Source: an uncultured delta proteobacterium
Lineage (GTDB): Bacteria > Desulfobacterota > Desulfobacteria > Desulfobacterales > JAHEIW01
Reading direction: 5' to 3'
Assembly: GCA_963706575.1 (NCBI GenBank)
Contig: CAVPNL010000003.1
Coordinates: 352,001 to 416,000, forward strand
Length of the DNA stretch: 64,000 nucleotides
The notes beneath the pieces were generated by a model. That model did no database searches. It was not told the DNA's origin and worked only from the letters and a program-made list of their open reading frames with translations. Below, in pieces: positions 28,924-39,103 of the stretch (the stretch's first letter is position 1; each line of letters starts with the position of its first letter). The translations under genes and the position numbers were made by a program.

Positions 28924-30567
28924 TCATATCGATGATTGCCTGCCAATAGCAGCGGGTAGACGCACCACAAAGACCGAGCCTTTATTTGGTTCGCTATGGC
29001 ATTTAATCGATCCCCCCTGACGCTCGATAAATGTGCGCAACCACCACAGTCCGAATCCGAGCCCATCTTCGCTTTGTTGAAACATATTCCACAAATGCAT
29101 CATCTGCTCAGGGGTAATACCTCTGCCCGTATCCTTGATCTCAACGATCACCCAAAAGCCGGTATCATCTTGGTCTGAGTGTGTACTCACTTGTAGCCGC
29201 CGCTGATCGCTATCTTCCATGGCCTTACGCGCATTGGTTATTAACTCGAGGAATATATCCACTAACAGCAGGCTGCAATCCACCAACGGCAATTTTTTTT
29301 CGAAGGTTCGGCTGACTTCGATTTTATCGGGCAGATCGGCAGCCTCCAGAGCTTCATCCAGCAGGTGGTTGACGTCCAGCCGTGCTGCGGGACCGGAGTC
29401 TTTGAACGGTTTAAACAATGCTTCGCTGAGTTTAAGGACAAATCGCGCGTTACGCTCGACGCGTTCTAAATTGCCTTCAATCCATAGTCGCTCTGAATCG
29501 GCCATCTCCAATTTTGTCAGGGAGCGCAGGGTTTCCCTGGCACTGACCGGCACGATCCCCATCAGATTGTTAATCCGATGCGCCAAAGCAGTGGCGGCTT
29601 GACCCATGATCGCCCACTTTTCGGCGGCCAGCCGCTTTTCCTGCTCGGACAGAAGCTTTCGATGCTGGCTGGCATTTTGGATGGCGATGACGGCTTCCTG
29701 CGCCAGGGCCTCCAGAAGTTCGACATCCTGTTGATCAAAGGCGGCCACCCGTGAACTTTCCAAAAGCAAAACGCCTAAAAGCGAATCCGGTTTGCCGGGA
29801 TCTTCCAGTCCATATTGTAATGGAACCGAAATGCTTGAACGCATGTCTTCAAAAAGAACAACGTTCAGCGGATCATCGCGGACATCGGAGCTCAGATAAG
29901 GACGCCGGTTCTCTGCCACCCATCGGGCGATCCCCTGCCCGATGCGGGGGGTGTAGGCAAGCTTTTCGGGTGTCCACCCGTCTCCATAGTGGGCCCTGAG
30001 AACCAGTTTTCCCGACTCGGAATCCAATTGCCGCAAAGAACCGTGTTCGGCGTCAACCAGTTCTGCCGCCTTTTCAAGAATCATGTCCAATACGCGCTCT
30101 AATTCCAGGCTGGAAGTGAGCGCCACGTCAATGGTGTGCAGGGCTCGAAACTGGTTGGTCATCCGCGCCAGCCGCTCGTTTTGCTGAGCCATCGACGCCG
30201 TCATGTCGGCCAGGGACTGAAGCAGTGCGGCGTCCCGCTCCCGAAAGACCCGCTTTTGATTTCCATCAAACACGACGAGTACGCCTCGAACAGAATCCTG
30301 CCAGATCAATGGTGCCGCCAATGATAACGAACCATCGGGACAGATCTCAGTCATGGTTTCCCGGGAGTTCATCACACGTCCCGGCAATCCATCATCCCAG
30401 GGGACGTGCTGCAGGTTATGGGTGGCCACCAGCGATATTCGCTCCTTTTCCGAATCCCACAGATAAAAGCAGCTGCCGTCAGCGCGGCACTGGTAACTTG
30501 CTTGCCGGACAACGCTTTGTAGAAAATCCGGATCCAGAATTCCTGTCGGTGTTGATGGGTTTGCCAC
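28924..30567 (-). CDS. Soluble sensor histidine kinase with two GAF domains
   Basis: Two GAF domains, H-box ALAHRINN, N-box ELITNA, DTGRGI, GLGFGL; no TM helix. Confidence 0.9.
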   Translation of the reverse strand: MANPSTPTGILDPDFLQSVVRQASYQCRADGSCFYLWDSEKERISLVATHNLQHVPWDDGLPGRVMNSRETMTEICPDGSLSLAAPLIWQDSVRGVLVVFDGNQKRVFRERDAALLQSLADMTASMAQQNERLARMTNQFRALHTIDVALTSSLELERVLDMILEKAAELVDAEHGSLRQLDSESGKLVLRAHYGDGWTPEKLAYTPRIGQGIARWVAENRRPYLSSDVRDDPLNVVLFEDMRSSISVPLQYGLEDPGKPDSLLGVLLLESSRVAAFDQQDVELLEALAQEAVIAIQNASQHRKLLSEQEKRLAAEKWAIMGQAATALAHRINNLMGIVPVSARETLRSLTKLEMADSERLWIEGNLERVERNARFVLKLSEALFKPFKDSGPAARLDVNHLLDEALEAADLPDKIEVSRTFEKKLPLVDCSLLLVDIFLELITNARKAMEDSDQRRLQVSTHSDQDDTGFWVIVEIKDTGRGITPEQMMHLWNMFQQSEDGLGFGLWWLRTFIERQGGSIKCHSEPNKGSVFVVRLPAAIGRQSSI

Positions 30568-30641
30568 AGTGCTCGTCCCATCGCCTTAAGGCGCATTTTT
30601 GTTTTAACACACAGGTACGGGTAAACAACGCGCGTTGACGA

Positions 30642-31793
30642 TTACGGCAATCGATCCGCCAGTACCGTCGTCAGATCGCAAATCGGAATACCGATATCAT
30701 TCTCCAGGGCAGGATCCTGCTGGGCGCATTTAAAATGAATCTGACATTTAATGCAGGTTGTAATCAGCAGCTCGGCACCGGTGGCTCTGGCTTCCTTTAA
30801 CCGTTGTACCTGGATGTTTTTACTGACCTGGCCGCATGCGGTCCAACAGCTGGTACCGCAACACAGACTACTCCGATGAGTTTGCTCCATCTCAACAAGC
30901 TCCAACCCGCAAGCCTGCAATAATGCCCGGGGCTCGTCGTAAATCCCCAGATGCCGGCTCAACCGGCAGGCATCTTGATAGGTCGCCCTGGATTTCATTT
31001 TTTCCGAATTCCAGCCTAAGGTTGCAGCAGCCGGATGCCGGCTGATGAACTGGCTGAGGTGTAACACTTCCATTCCATGCTCGCCAACCCGTTTGGGGTA
31101 GTCCAGTCCCAGGGTCCGGGCGCATTCGGGACAGGTGGTGATAATTTGCCTGGCCTGGGTAGCTTTAAGCTGCTCAAGATTGAGGCGCGCCAGAGCGTCA
31201 AATGTCACCCTATCACCTTGCCAGATCTGGTCGTGGCCGCAGCAGCGTTCATCGGATAACACCTGCGGCTCGATACCCAGATGGTTCAGAATCCTCACGG
31301 CTGCCCTGGCAATCTCCAGACCTTCAATACCCAGGTCTTTAAACTGGGCCTGATAGTATGGCAGGCAGCCGACAAAATACAAAACTTCCGAATCCTGCGA
31401 GATTCTCAAATCATGGTCAAGCCATTCAAGCCTGTTTTGATTAAGGTCAGGATTCGTCATCATCTGGCCCAAGGTCTGGATGACCTTACCATGGGTGCAT
31501 TCTCCCGACTGGCCGTCGTTCATTGCCATAGCCCGGGCATCCCGCATAAACTCTGAAAACAGCACATCCGACGGGCACAGCTGGCTGCACCTTTTGCACG
31601 TCAGACATGACCAAAACAGGGGATCCTCATAAACATCAGCTGAAGGGCTATTAAGGGCTTTCTCGATCAGCAGGCGCGGGCTGCAATAAGCACGCTTCTC
31701 CCATAAGGTGATCGGGCAGACCGCACTGCATTTGCCGCATTCCAGACAATACCAGGCACGATTCTGATTAATGATTTCCTGCAGATTGCTCAT
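30642..31793 (-). CDS. hdrD: HdrD-like Fe-S oxidoreductase (2x[4Fe-4S] plus two CCG domains)
   Basis: CLECGKCSAVCP, CLTCKRCSQLCP, YFVGC, CCG, TTCPEC, YQDAC, CCG, TTCIKC. Confidence 0.85.
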   Translation of the reverse strand: MSNLQEIINQNRAWYCLECGKCSAVCPITLWEKRAYCSPRLLIEKALNSPSADVYEDPLFWSCLTCKRCSQLCPSDVLFSEFMRDARAMAMNDGQSGECTHGKVIQTLGQMMTNPDLNQNRLEWLDHDLRISQDSEVLYFVGCLPYYQAQFKDLGIEGLEIARAAVRILNHLGIEPQVLSDERCCGHDQIWQGDRVTFDALARLNLEQLKATQARQIITTCPECARTLGLDYPKRVGEHGMEVLHLSQFISRHPAAATLGWNSEKMKSRATYQDACRLSRHLGIYDEPRALLQACGLELVEMEQTHRSSLCCGTSCWTACGQVSKNIQVQRLKEARATGAELLITTCIKCQIHFKCAQQDPALENDIGIPICDLTTVLADRLP

Positions 31794-31795
31794 CC

Positions 31796-34700
31796 TTATC
31801 CCTGATTCCCGTTCAACCCCGCTAAAAAGGATTTGATTTGATTAACCCAGGCTTGGCCGTCACCAGCCGCCAGTCTATCCATTTTAAGATGTTGATCCGA
31901 ATAGCCCATGGTCCGAACCAGATCCTGCGCAACCGCAAAAGTCTCTTCCGCACGACGCCCCCCGAATTCGTAGCGACATTCATCTTGCGGGCAACCCAAC
32001 AATAGAACACCGCTTGCGCCGCGCTCAAATGCCTTCAGAATGATCCCCGGTTGAAGCCGCCCCAGGCACATCACTCTAATCGGATAAACTTGTGCAGAAT
32101 AGGATAGCCGTTCGATCGCCGCCGCTTCCATCCCGCTGTAAGGATTCCAGTTACAGGTAAAGACCAACGCGATTTGTTTTTGATCGATTCGCATGGGAAC
32201 TGGCGTATGCCAAATCGCATCTAGCATGTTTTCCAGCTGGGCATCGCTTGCATACCCCGCCGCAATTGCCCCCGAGGGGCATTGGGCCGCACAGGCTCCG
32301 CAGCCCTGACAGATGTGCGGATCGATCCAGGAAAATCGGTTGGGTTCAGCGCCCATCAACTGGGGTGCACCGAACTCGCAGATTTCAACGCAGGTGTTAC
32401 AGGCCCGGCAGCGGTGAGGCGCCACGACCGCGCTATGGCATTGGGGCGGTTTTGAACATTGACCCAACCAGGCGGCCACTTTCGCCGTTGCCGCCGCACC
32501 CACCGTTGAACTATCAAGGGCCGGGTCGCAGTAATAAACGCCCGGCCGGGTGGTTTCCAACTCCTGACAGTGGAAACGCGAACGCGGTTGGAAAGGAGCG
32601 TTTCCAAAAGCATGGCGCAATCTGTCAGCCTCGGCAGAATCGCACGGCGCCATTACTATCCCGGCAGCAGTCCATTCCTTGTCGTTTAAGGTCATGCAAT
32701 AACAGCCATTGACCCTGCGGATGCGTGGCGGCGCCCCGGCTAAATCGTGCACCGCAATACCCTGAGTGGACAGAAGTTCCCGGCAGGTCCGGGCAGCGCC
32801 GCCGCTGCCTAAAATCAGTGCTGACCGCTCAGGAGGTTGGTATTCCAGCAGCTTGCCGGAAGGTGTCTGATTCTTGGCCACGGCTGCTGATATTAGTGCA
32901 ACTGCTTTTGCTGTCGCCGCGCCAGGGTTTTCCCGGTGAGCCCAGGCGCATTGCTCCCGTATATTGACAAACTCAACCGCCGACGGTGGTAAAAACCCGG
33001 CCTTTAAAAGACCTTCGGGTTGTGTATGATTCTCGCGGAACTCAAACAGGCCAAGATGAGCCTTGCATCGAACGCGCTGATACGTGCAGCAGTAGCAAAT
33101 CTGATCAAGTGAACAGCAAGCGCAGGCACCCAGGGTAATTCGATTTAAGTCATGCACTTGCACCTTTTTTTGAATTGTCGCTTGCGCCTCCACCGTACAG
33201 GAAAATGGCAGCACCTCGGCGTGTACGACAGTGGGCCAGGCCGCCGCCCGTTCACGAAGTGTTTCGGTGTTCACGATATCAGAAATAGAATGATCACACT
33301 GACAGATAAAGACACCTGTACGGACACCATCTGCAGGCGGTGTCAAAACGATACCGGAAGGTTCGACGGATTGCACCGGTGCCAGGCGGCACATCACCTG
33401 GGCAGCAGCAGCCGATCCCATCAGCTCATCTTCCGCAGAAATGCGGTAAACACGTTTGCCATTTTCAGATAAATCATTTAGCGCCTGGGTTTGATCATCA
33501 GCGCAGATAATCGCTCCGACCTCCAGATCCATTAAGGTGGTCTGGCTATTTTGTACGATTGCCTCCGGCCCGCAGGCTTTCACACAGGCCAAACATTCAC
33601 TGCAGGGGCCGCACATCAGGCAGCGCTGAGCCTCAGCCATCGCCTGTTCTTGAGAATATCCCAGCTCGACCTCTGCAAAACTGCTCAGGCGCTTTTCCAT
33701 TGACAGCTTTGGCACGGGGATTCGTGGTTTGGGTAATAGCTCCACGTCACTCATTTGCCGTTGTGCGATTGCGAATTCATTAACGGCAGCTGAGTATTCA
33801 ACGGCCATTTTATCGCTGAGGTATGCATCAATCTCAGCCGCCGCTCTTTTTCCCATCCCGATGGCCTCAATTGCCGACATTTTATCGCGGGCTACGGCAT
33901 CACCGGTTGCAAAAACGCCCGGATGATCGGTTGCAAAAGTGACACGGTTTATCTGAATCCGTTGATCACGGGTCATGCTGATACGATTATCCGCATCCAG
34001 GCCTCTGATATCGGGTATCTGCCCGATGGCCAGCACCACCAGCTCTGCCGGCATCACAAATTCGCTGCCGCCTATGGGGACCGGCCGGCGACGGCCGCTT
34101 TCATCCGGCTCTCCTAGCTTCATGCGCAGACATTCCAGACCTATGACATTATTTTCAGAATCCCCGATGATACGGATAGGCGCTGTTAAATATTCAATCG
34201 ATATCGCTTCTTGTTCAGTATCATCGATCTCTTCTTCTAAAGCCGGCATCTCGGCACGGGTGCGGCGATAGGCGATACAGACATCCTCAACACCAACACG
34301 CTTGAGCGTTCGGGCAACATCCATCGCCGTATTCCCGCCACCCAATACAACTGCCCGGGTCTTTGTTCCGCAGGGAAGCACGCTTTCCAGAGCAGTCCGG
34401 TGCTCAGCCGCATCAAGTCTCTGGCTTAAATTGATGGTTTTTAAGAGCTCTATCCCCTGCATGACGCCCCGTAATGCTTCACCGGGTATGCGCAGAGAAA
34501 GGCTTTTATGCGCCCCAATGGCCAGACATACGGCATCATGCCCCATTTTAAACAAGTCATCCAGCGTATGATCACCATCAGGTCCGATAGCGGTATTGAG
34601 CTGAATTTTGACGCCCAGGGACTCAATGCGGCGATACTCGCGGTCAATGACGTGTCGCGGTAACCGGTAGGCAGGAATGCCCACCGATAACATGCCGGCG

Positions 34701-35506
34701 ATAACCGGCAGCTTCTCGAACACGGTCACCCGGTACCCCTTCCGTGCCAGACAATCGGCGACGGTCATGCCCGCCGGACCGGAGCCAACGACCGCCACTT
34801 TACGGGCGTTATCCGCGATTGAATTTTCCGCTGCTGGGGAGGTTTCGAAATTAGCGGATTCGTCAGGCTCCCAATCGGCCACAAAGCGCTTAAGCAAACG
34901 GATAGATACGGAGGTATCTATTTCAGACCGGCGGCAGTTCACTTCACAGGGATGGGTACAGATGCGTCCAATGATGCCCGGAAATGGAATAGCCTCGCGA
35001 ATGAGATCCAGTGCTTCCTGAAATCGCCCTTGCGCAATCAGGGCAACGTAACCCTGGGCATGAACTCCGCCAGGGCAGACACCGGCACATGGCGCCTTCC
35101 CCATTTTATCGATAGCCGCGCACCCCGGCTGGTGGCCGTCCATCAAATATATGGCCTTGTGTTGGCTTCCCGGCAGCATCACAGGACAGACTTCCACGCA
35201 ATCGCCGCATCCGGTACATTTGGCCAAATCAACATAGCGCGGGTGCTGCTGCAATTTTACCTGTAAGGCTCCCGTCTTCAACTTGGCACTTTGCAGAAAC
35301 GTATTGGTCCATACGTTAATGCGTGGATGCTTGGCCACTTCCAGCATGCGGGCATTTAACAGGTGATCGGGCACCCGGGTGCTGCCGCCATTTCCTAAAA
35401 AGGGAGATGACTCAATTAAGTGAACATGGATGCCGGAATCACCAAGATCCAAAGCGGCTTGAAGCCCCGCCGGGCTGCCACCTAAAATGAGAGCGCCTTT
35501 GCTCAA
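31796..35506 (-). CDS. HdrL-like multidomain protein: eroded HdrA parts, GltD/NfnB-type NAD(P)H module, ferredoxin, MvhD
   Basis: HdrA-like N-terminus, CP..GRICTHPCEVNC, GSGPAG, GGGNTAMD, YRR, GVFICQC, NIREQCAW, 2x[4Fe-4S], MvhD-like FTCNW/VMCLGR/GCPQDECRY. Confidence 0.88.
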   Translation of the reverse strand: MSKGALILGGSPAGLQAALDLGDSGIHVHLIESSPFLGNGGSTRVPDHLLNARMLEVAKHPRINVWTNTFLQSAKLKTGALQVKLQQHPRYVDLAKCTGCGDCVEVCPVMLPGSQHKAIYLMDGHQPGCAAIDKMGKAPCAGVCPGGVHAQGYVALIAQGRFQEALDLIREAIPFPGIIGRICTHPCEVNCRRSEIDTSVSIRLLKRFVADWEPDESANFETSPAAENSIADNARKVAVVGSGPAGMTVADCLARKGYRVTVFEKLPVIAGMLSVGIPAYRLPRHVIDREYRRIESLGVKIQLNTAIGPDGDHTLDDLFKMGHDAVCLAIGAHKSLSLRIPGEALRGVMQGIELLKTINLSQRLDAAEHRTALESVLPCGTKTRAVVLGGGNTAMDVARTLKRVGVEDVCIAYRRTRAEMPALEEEIDDTEQEAISIEYLTAPIRIIGDSENNVIGLECLRMKLGEPDESGRRRPVPIGGSEFVMPAELVVLAIGQIPDIRGLDADNRISMTRDQRIQINRVTFATDHPGVFATGDAVARDKMSAIEAIGMGKRAAAEIDAYLSDKMAVEYSAAVNEFAIAQRQMSDVELLPKPRIPVPKLSMEKRLSSFAEVELGYSQEQAMAEAQRCLMCGPCSECLACVKACGPEAIVQNSQTTLMDLEVGAIICADDQTQALNDLSENGKRVYRISAEDELMGSAAAAQVMCRLAPVQSVEPSGIVLTPPADGVRTGVFICQCDHSISDIVNTETLRERAAAWPTVVHAEVLPFSCTVEAQATIQKKVQVHDLNRITLGACACCSLDQICYCCTYQRVRCKAHLGLFEFRENHTQPEGLLKAGFLPPSAVEFVNIREQCAWAHRENPGAATAKAVALISAAVAKNQTPSGKLLEYQPPERSALILGSGGAARTCRELLSTQGIAVHDLAGAPPRIRRVNGCYCMTLNDKEWTAAGIVMAPCDSAEADRLRHAFGNAPFQPRSRFHCQELETTRPGVYYCDPALDSSTVGAAATAKVAAWLGQCSKPPQCHSAVVAPHRCRACNTCVEICEFGAPQLMGAEPNRFSWIDPHICQGCGACAAQCPSGAIAAGYASDAQLENMLDAIWHTPVPMRIDQKQIALVFTCNWNPYSGMEAAAIERLSYSAQVYPIRVMCLGRLQPGIILKAFERGASGVLLLGCPQDECRYEFGGRRAEETFAVAQDLVRTMGYSDQHLKMDRLAAGDGQAWVNQIKSFLAGLNGNQG

Positions 35507-35544
35507 AGAAATTTACCTCCATACCAACCGCTGTTGATTTTGTC

Positions 35545-37101
35545 TCATGCTGTTTTTTTAAGCTCAAGCCCCTTTTCAAAGCCAACATCAAACACATTTA
35601 AATTGACTTCCAAAGTTTTGGGTGGCACCGAATCCTTCAGGGACTGTCGCATGGCTTCCCGGCTGACAGCTCCGACGATTGCCGCCCAAAAGCCAAGCAT
35701 GGCCGAATTCGCCGCCCGGGCATTACCGCATTCCTCAGCAATCTGAGTCGCCGCAATTCCATAGGTTTTCAGATCCTGACGATGGTCTGCGGGCAGCGTC
35801 ACAAGCCCATCGTCAATCAGCAGGGTCCCATTGGCAGCAAGATGGGGCACATATTTAACGTAGGCTTCCTGAGACATGATAATAGCGCTGGTGGGTGCGA
35901 TAAGGTGGGGATGATGGATCGGTTCAGCTGCGACGACAACCTGTGATCCCGCAGCTCCGCCCCTTGCTTCCGGACCATAGCTCTGCGTAAAGCAGGCTTC
36001 GATTTTGTCGTATATTGTGGCCGCCTGGCCGATGATGCGGCCGGCGCTCATAATACCCTGGCCGCCGAAGCCACCGAGCTGCACGTCGGTTCGATCAACA
36101 AAATCGGTCCGGCCGGGTAGTTTCAGTCGCTGGTCCAACACTTTTTTAGCTGCACCCCAACGCTCCTTGGCGGTTTGGGCCGTGTGTTCAATTGCCGCCC
36201 GGAATTCAGGCTTGGGTTCGTTTAAAAATATACCTTCGATAATTGCTTTGATCTCACCCTTTTCATTTACTTTAACATCTGCGTCTTTGGGATGAGTCTG
36301 GTGGGCAATTTTGCCCACTTGCTGGTAATGCTTCATAACTTCCAAGCCGCGTCGGCCAAGTTTCTGCGGATCCAGTCCCCGGCCCTCCAGATTCCAACGC
36401 GCATAGGATGTAGAACAGGGCGCGATGATTTCGACAAAACTGAATCCGGGATGCATCATGGCCTCGCGCAGGGTCCACTCCAGCCGCCGGGCATGCAACA
36501 CCGTCCAACGGGCCACAAAAGATGCCCCGCCGGCTGCAGCCAGATATGGTAGATTAAAGGGATGTTCAAAATTACCATATTGGGTCGTAACTGCCCTGGC
36601 ACCGTGGGGCGTTGTTGGTCCCGCCTGGCCGCCCGTCATACCGTAATTAAAATTATTAACGCAAATAACGGTAATGTCTAGATTGCGTCTGGCCGCATGG
36701 ATAAAATGATTGCCGCCGATCCCGGCAATATCCCCATCCCCGGAAATAACAACGACTTTCAATTCGCCGTTGGCAAGTTTAAGACCCGTGGCAAACGGGA
36801 TGGCCCGACCGTGGGTCGTATGAAAGGAATCCAGACGAAGATAACCAGCAATACGCCCGGTACAGCCGATACCAGAAACCACAGACACCTTATCCAGGTC
36901 CCAATTCTCATTCTTTTCCAACCATTGCAGCGCTCCGATGAATGTGGTCAACGCCGTACCCAATCCGCAACCCTGGCACCAAATGTGAGGCAACCGTTCT
37001 CCACGCAAAAGTACGTCCATTGGATGCAGACCGGTTACCCAATCGCTTTGAGAATCGGGCTCATGTCCGCAGTGTTTCAACTGCATCTCATTTTCGGCCA
37101 T
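35545..37101 (-). CDS. 2-oxoacid:ferredoxin oxidoreductase fused beta-gamma subunit
   Basis: WCQGCG, SGIGC, GDGD, YGMTGGQ, followed in frame by GFGGQG and QSYGPEARGG. Confidence 0.9.
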   Translation of the reverse strand: MAENEMQLKHCGHEPDSQSDWVTGLHPMDVLLRGERLPHIWCQGCGLGTALTTFIGALQWLEKNENWDLDKVSVVSGIGCTGRIAGYLRLDSFHTTHGRAIPFATGLKLANGELKVVVISGDGDIAGIGGNHFIHAARRNLDITVICVNNFNYGMTGGQAGPTTPHGARAVTTQYGNFEHPFNLPYLAAAGGASFVARWTVLHARRLEWTLREAMMHPGFSFVEIIAPCSTSYARWNLEGRGLDPQKLGRRGLEVMKHYQQVGKIAHQTHPKDADVKVNEKGEIKAIIEGIFLNEPKPEFRAAIEHTAQTAKERWGAAKKVLDQRLKLPGRTDFVDRTDVQLGGFGGQGIMSAGRIIGQAATIYDKIEACFTQSYGPEARGGAAGSQVVVAAEPIHHPHLIAPTSAIIMSQEAYVKYVPHLAANGTLLIDDGLVTLPADHRQDLKTYGIAATQIAEECGNARAANSAMLGFWAAIVGAVSREAMRQSLKDSVPPKTLEVNLNVFDVGFEKGLELKKTA

Positions 37102-37106
37102 TGCGC

Positions 37107-38330
37107 CTATCTCTCCGTTTGTCTGTTATGAAGATCTGCTTGGAGCGCACCCGAGCGACCGGCGGCCTTGTATATTGCTCCCAGCACCTGTTGCCGTTCC
37201 AGAATATCGCCCCCCAACCGGTTGGCACCTATCACCTGTGCCTGACCGGCGGCACAGCGCTCGATCTCAAGACAAATTTGTCCTCTGTTGATCTCCGGCA
37301 CAACGAAGGCCCGGATCCTTTTCGCCAACTCGAAAATCCGCTTTTCCGGAAAAGGCCATATGGTGACCAGCCTAAGGAAGCCCACTCGGATGCCTTCTTT
37401 ACGGGCTTGCTCAATTGGCCATTGGGAGGTCCGCGCTGAAATACCGTAAGATACCACGATAATTTCAGCATCATCCAAATACTGTTCTTCCAGCTGAATG
37501 ATCTCATCGCGATGTGCGCTTATTTTATTAATCAGGCGTTTAATGTTCCATTCGCTGGATTCTGCAGTCATGGCTGGATAGCCAAGTTCATCGTGGGTCA
37601 AGCCGGTTACATGGAAGCGATAACCTTCTCCGGCAATCGCCATGGGCGATACGGCGCCATCTGCACCTTCCGAATCCATATCACGGTAAATGCGGAACTG
37701 GTCCGGCTCTATATCTCCTTTTCGGACATGAGGACGATTAATGATTTCAATTTCTTCAGGCTGAGGAATGACCACCCGTTCCGTCATATGACCGACCTCA
37801 GCGTCTGTCATCACCAGCACGGGTGTGCGGAACTTTTCAGATAAATTGAAAGCCCGTATGGTCAAATCGAAGAGTTCTTGTGGGGAGGAGGGGCAAAGCG
37901 CGATAATTTCATAATCGCCGTGAGTGCCCCAGCGGGCCTGCATCATGTCCTGCTGTCCGACCAATGTTGGCAGACCGGTGGAAGGGCCTCCGCGCTGGAC
38001 ATCAACCAGCACACAAGGGGTTTCCATCATGATGCCGAGACCCAGGTTTTCCATCATCAGCGAAAAGCCGGGGCCGCTAGTGGCTGTCATCGATTTAACA
38101 CCGGCCCATGAAGCCCCTAAGATGGCATTCATAGAAGCCAGTTCATCTTCCATCTGAATATAAATGCCATCGACCTGTGGCAGCCGGGTCGACATTCGCT
38201 CGGCTATTTCGGTTGCAGGCGTGATTGGATAACCGGCAAAAAAACGGCAGCCTGCCAGAATGGCACCTTCAGCGGCAGCATAATCTCCCAGCAGGAAATG
38301 TTCTCCGGTCAACAGGCCCTGATCACTCAT
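37107..38330 (-). CDS. 2-oxoacid:ferredoxin oxidoreductase alpha subunit (second copy)
   Basis: YPITP, QMEDE, TSGPGFSLM, QRGGPSTGLPT. Confidence 0.92.
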   Translation of the reverse strand: MSDQGLLTGEHFLLGDYAAAEGAILAGCRFFAGYPITPATEIAERMSTRLPQVDGIYIQMEDELASMNAILGASWAGVKSMTATSGPGFSLMMENLGLGIMMETPCVLVDVQRGGPSTGLPTLVGQQDMMQARWGTHGDYEIIALCPSSPQELFDLTIRAFNLSEKFRTPVLVMTDAEVGHMTERVVIPQPEEIEIINRPHVRKGDIEPDQFRIYRDMDSEGADGAVSPMAIAGEGYRFHVTGLTHDELGYPAMTAESSEWNIKRLINKISAHRDEIIQLEEQYLDDAEIIVVSYGISARTSQWPIEQARKEGIRVGFLRLVTIWPFPEKRIFELAKRIRAFVVPEINRGQICLEIERCAAGQAQVIGANRLGGDILERQQVLGAIYKAAGRSGALQADLHNRQTER

Positions 38331-38346
38331 TGTTTTAACTCAATTC

Positions 38347-38492
38347 TGGAATCCATCTCAAAAATGTCTTTTGGCCCAATATCTTTGTTGGAGCCTCGTT
38401 TAAAATCCTCGACATACAACAGTATGCCTGCGGTTTGAAACTCGGCCCCGCCGCGATCTTTAACCAAAATCCTATTTTTGAGACAGGTTTTA
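38347..38492 (-). mobile_element. MITE-like element, copy 2 (reverse orientation, degenerate ends)
   Basis: GAATCCATCTCAAAAATGTCTTTTGGCCC...AACCAAAATCCTATTTTTGAGACAGGTTT; reverse complement of the 55507 copy; lies between the delta and alpha genes. Confidence 0.8.
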
Positions 38493-38780
38493 TTGTTCGT
38501 TCACGTCACGGTCTTTCGCAAGCATCTGGCTGCTCTCGACATAGATGGCAAAATCCGGGCAAAGCAAAGCACACAATCCGCAATCGGTGCATTGGGAAAT
38601 ATCCGTAATCTCAGGCGGATGATACCCTCTTGGATTCGTCCGCTTTGACATAACAAAAACACCCCGTGGGCAGAATTCAACACAAAATCCGCAACCTTTA
38701 CAGCGAGCCTCGATAATATGGATGATGCCGCAGGGTACCTGAATGCGGTCCCTGTCCAAAGGCTGTCTCCAATATTTCAC
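38490..38780 (-). CDS. 2-oxoacid:ferredoxin oxidoreductase delta subunit (second copy)
   Basis: [37 protein letters not shown] before a GTG start. Confidence 0.9.
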   Translation of the reverse strand: MKYWRQPLDRDRIQVPCGIIHIIEARCKGCGFCVEFCPRGVFVMSKRTNPRGYHPPEITDISQCTDCGLCALLCPDFAIYVESSQMLAKDRDVNEQ

Positions 38781-39103
38781 GATTTCTCCTTAAATCCAGA
38801 TAGAATTTTGACAATGTCTACTGATAGCAGCAAATTGCCTTATTTGGCCAGATGCCCGTTGCTTAATATGGAAAATGAAACGCTCTCCAGACTGTTTTTT
38901 ATACCACAATTGGGTACAAAAGTCATCGTTCATAATATTCGAATAAGATTCAATCAGCAGATGGAATCCTTCTTTGACAACCGGCGGTCATTTTTATTAT
39001 GCTGATAGTGGGCAGCAAGTCGGATATTTGGACTGAAATCCAAAAACATCAAACTCGTCAAAACAGATATTCGGGCACAAGCAGACGTAGAAATCGGACA
39101 AGA

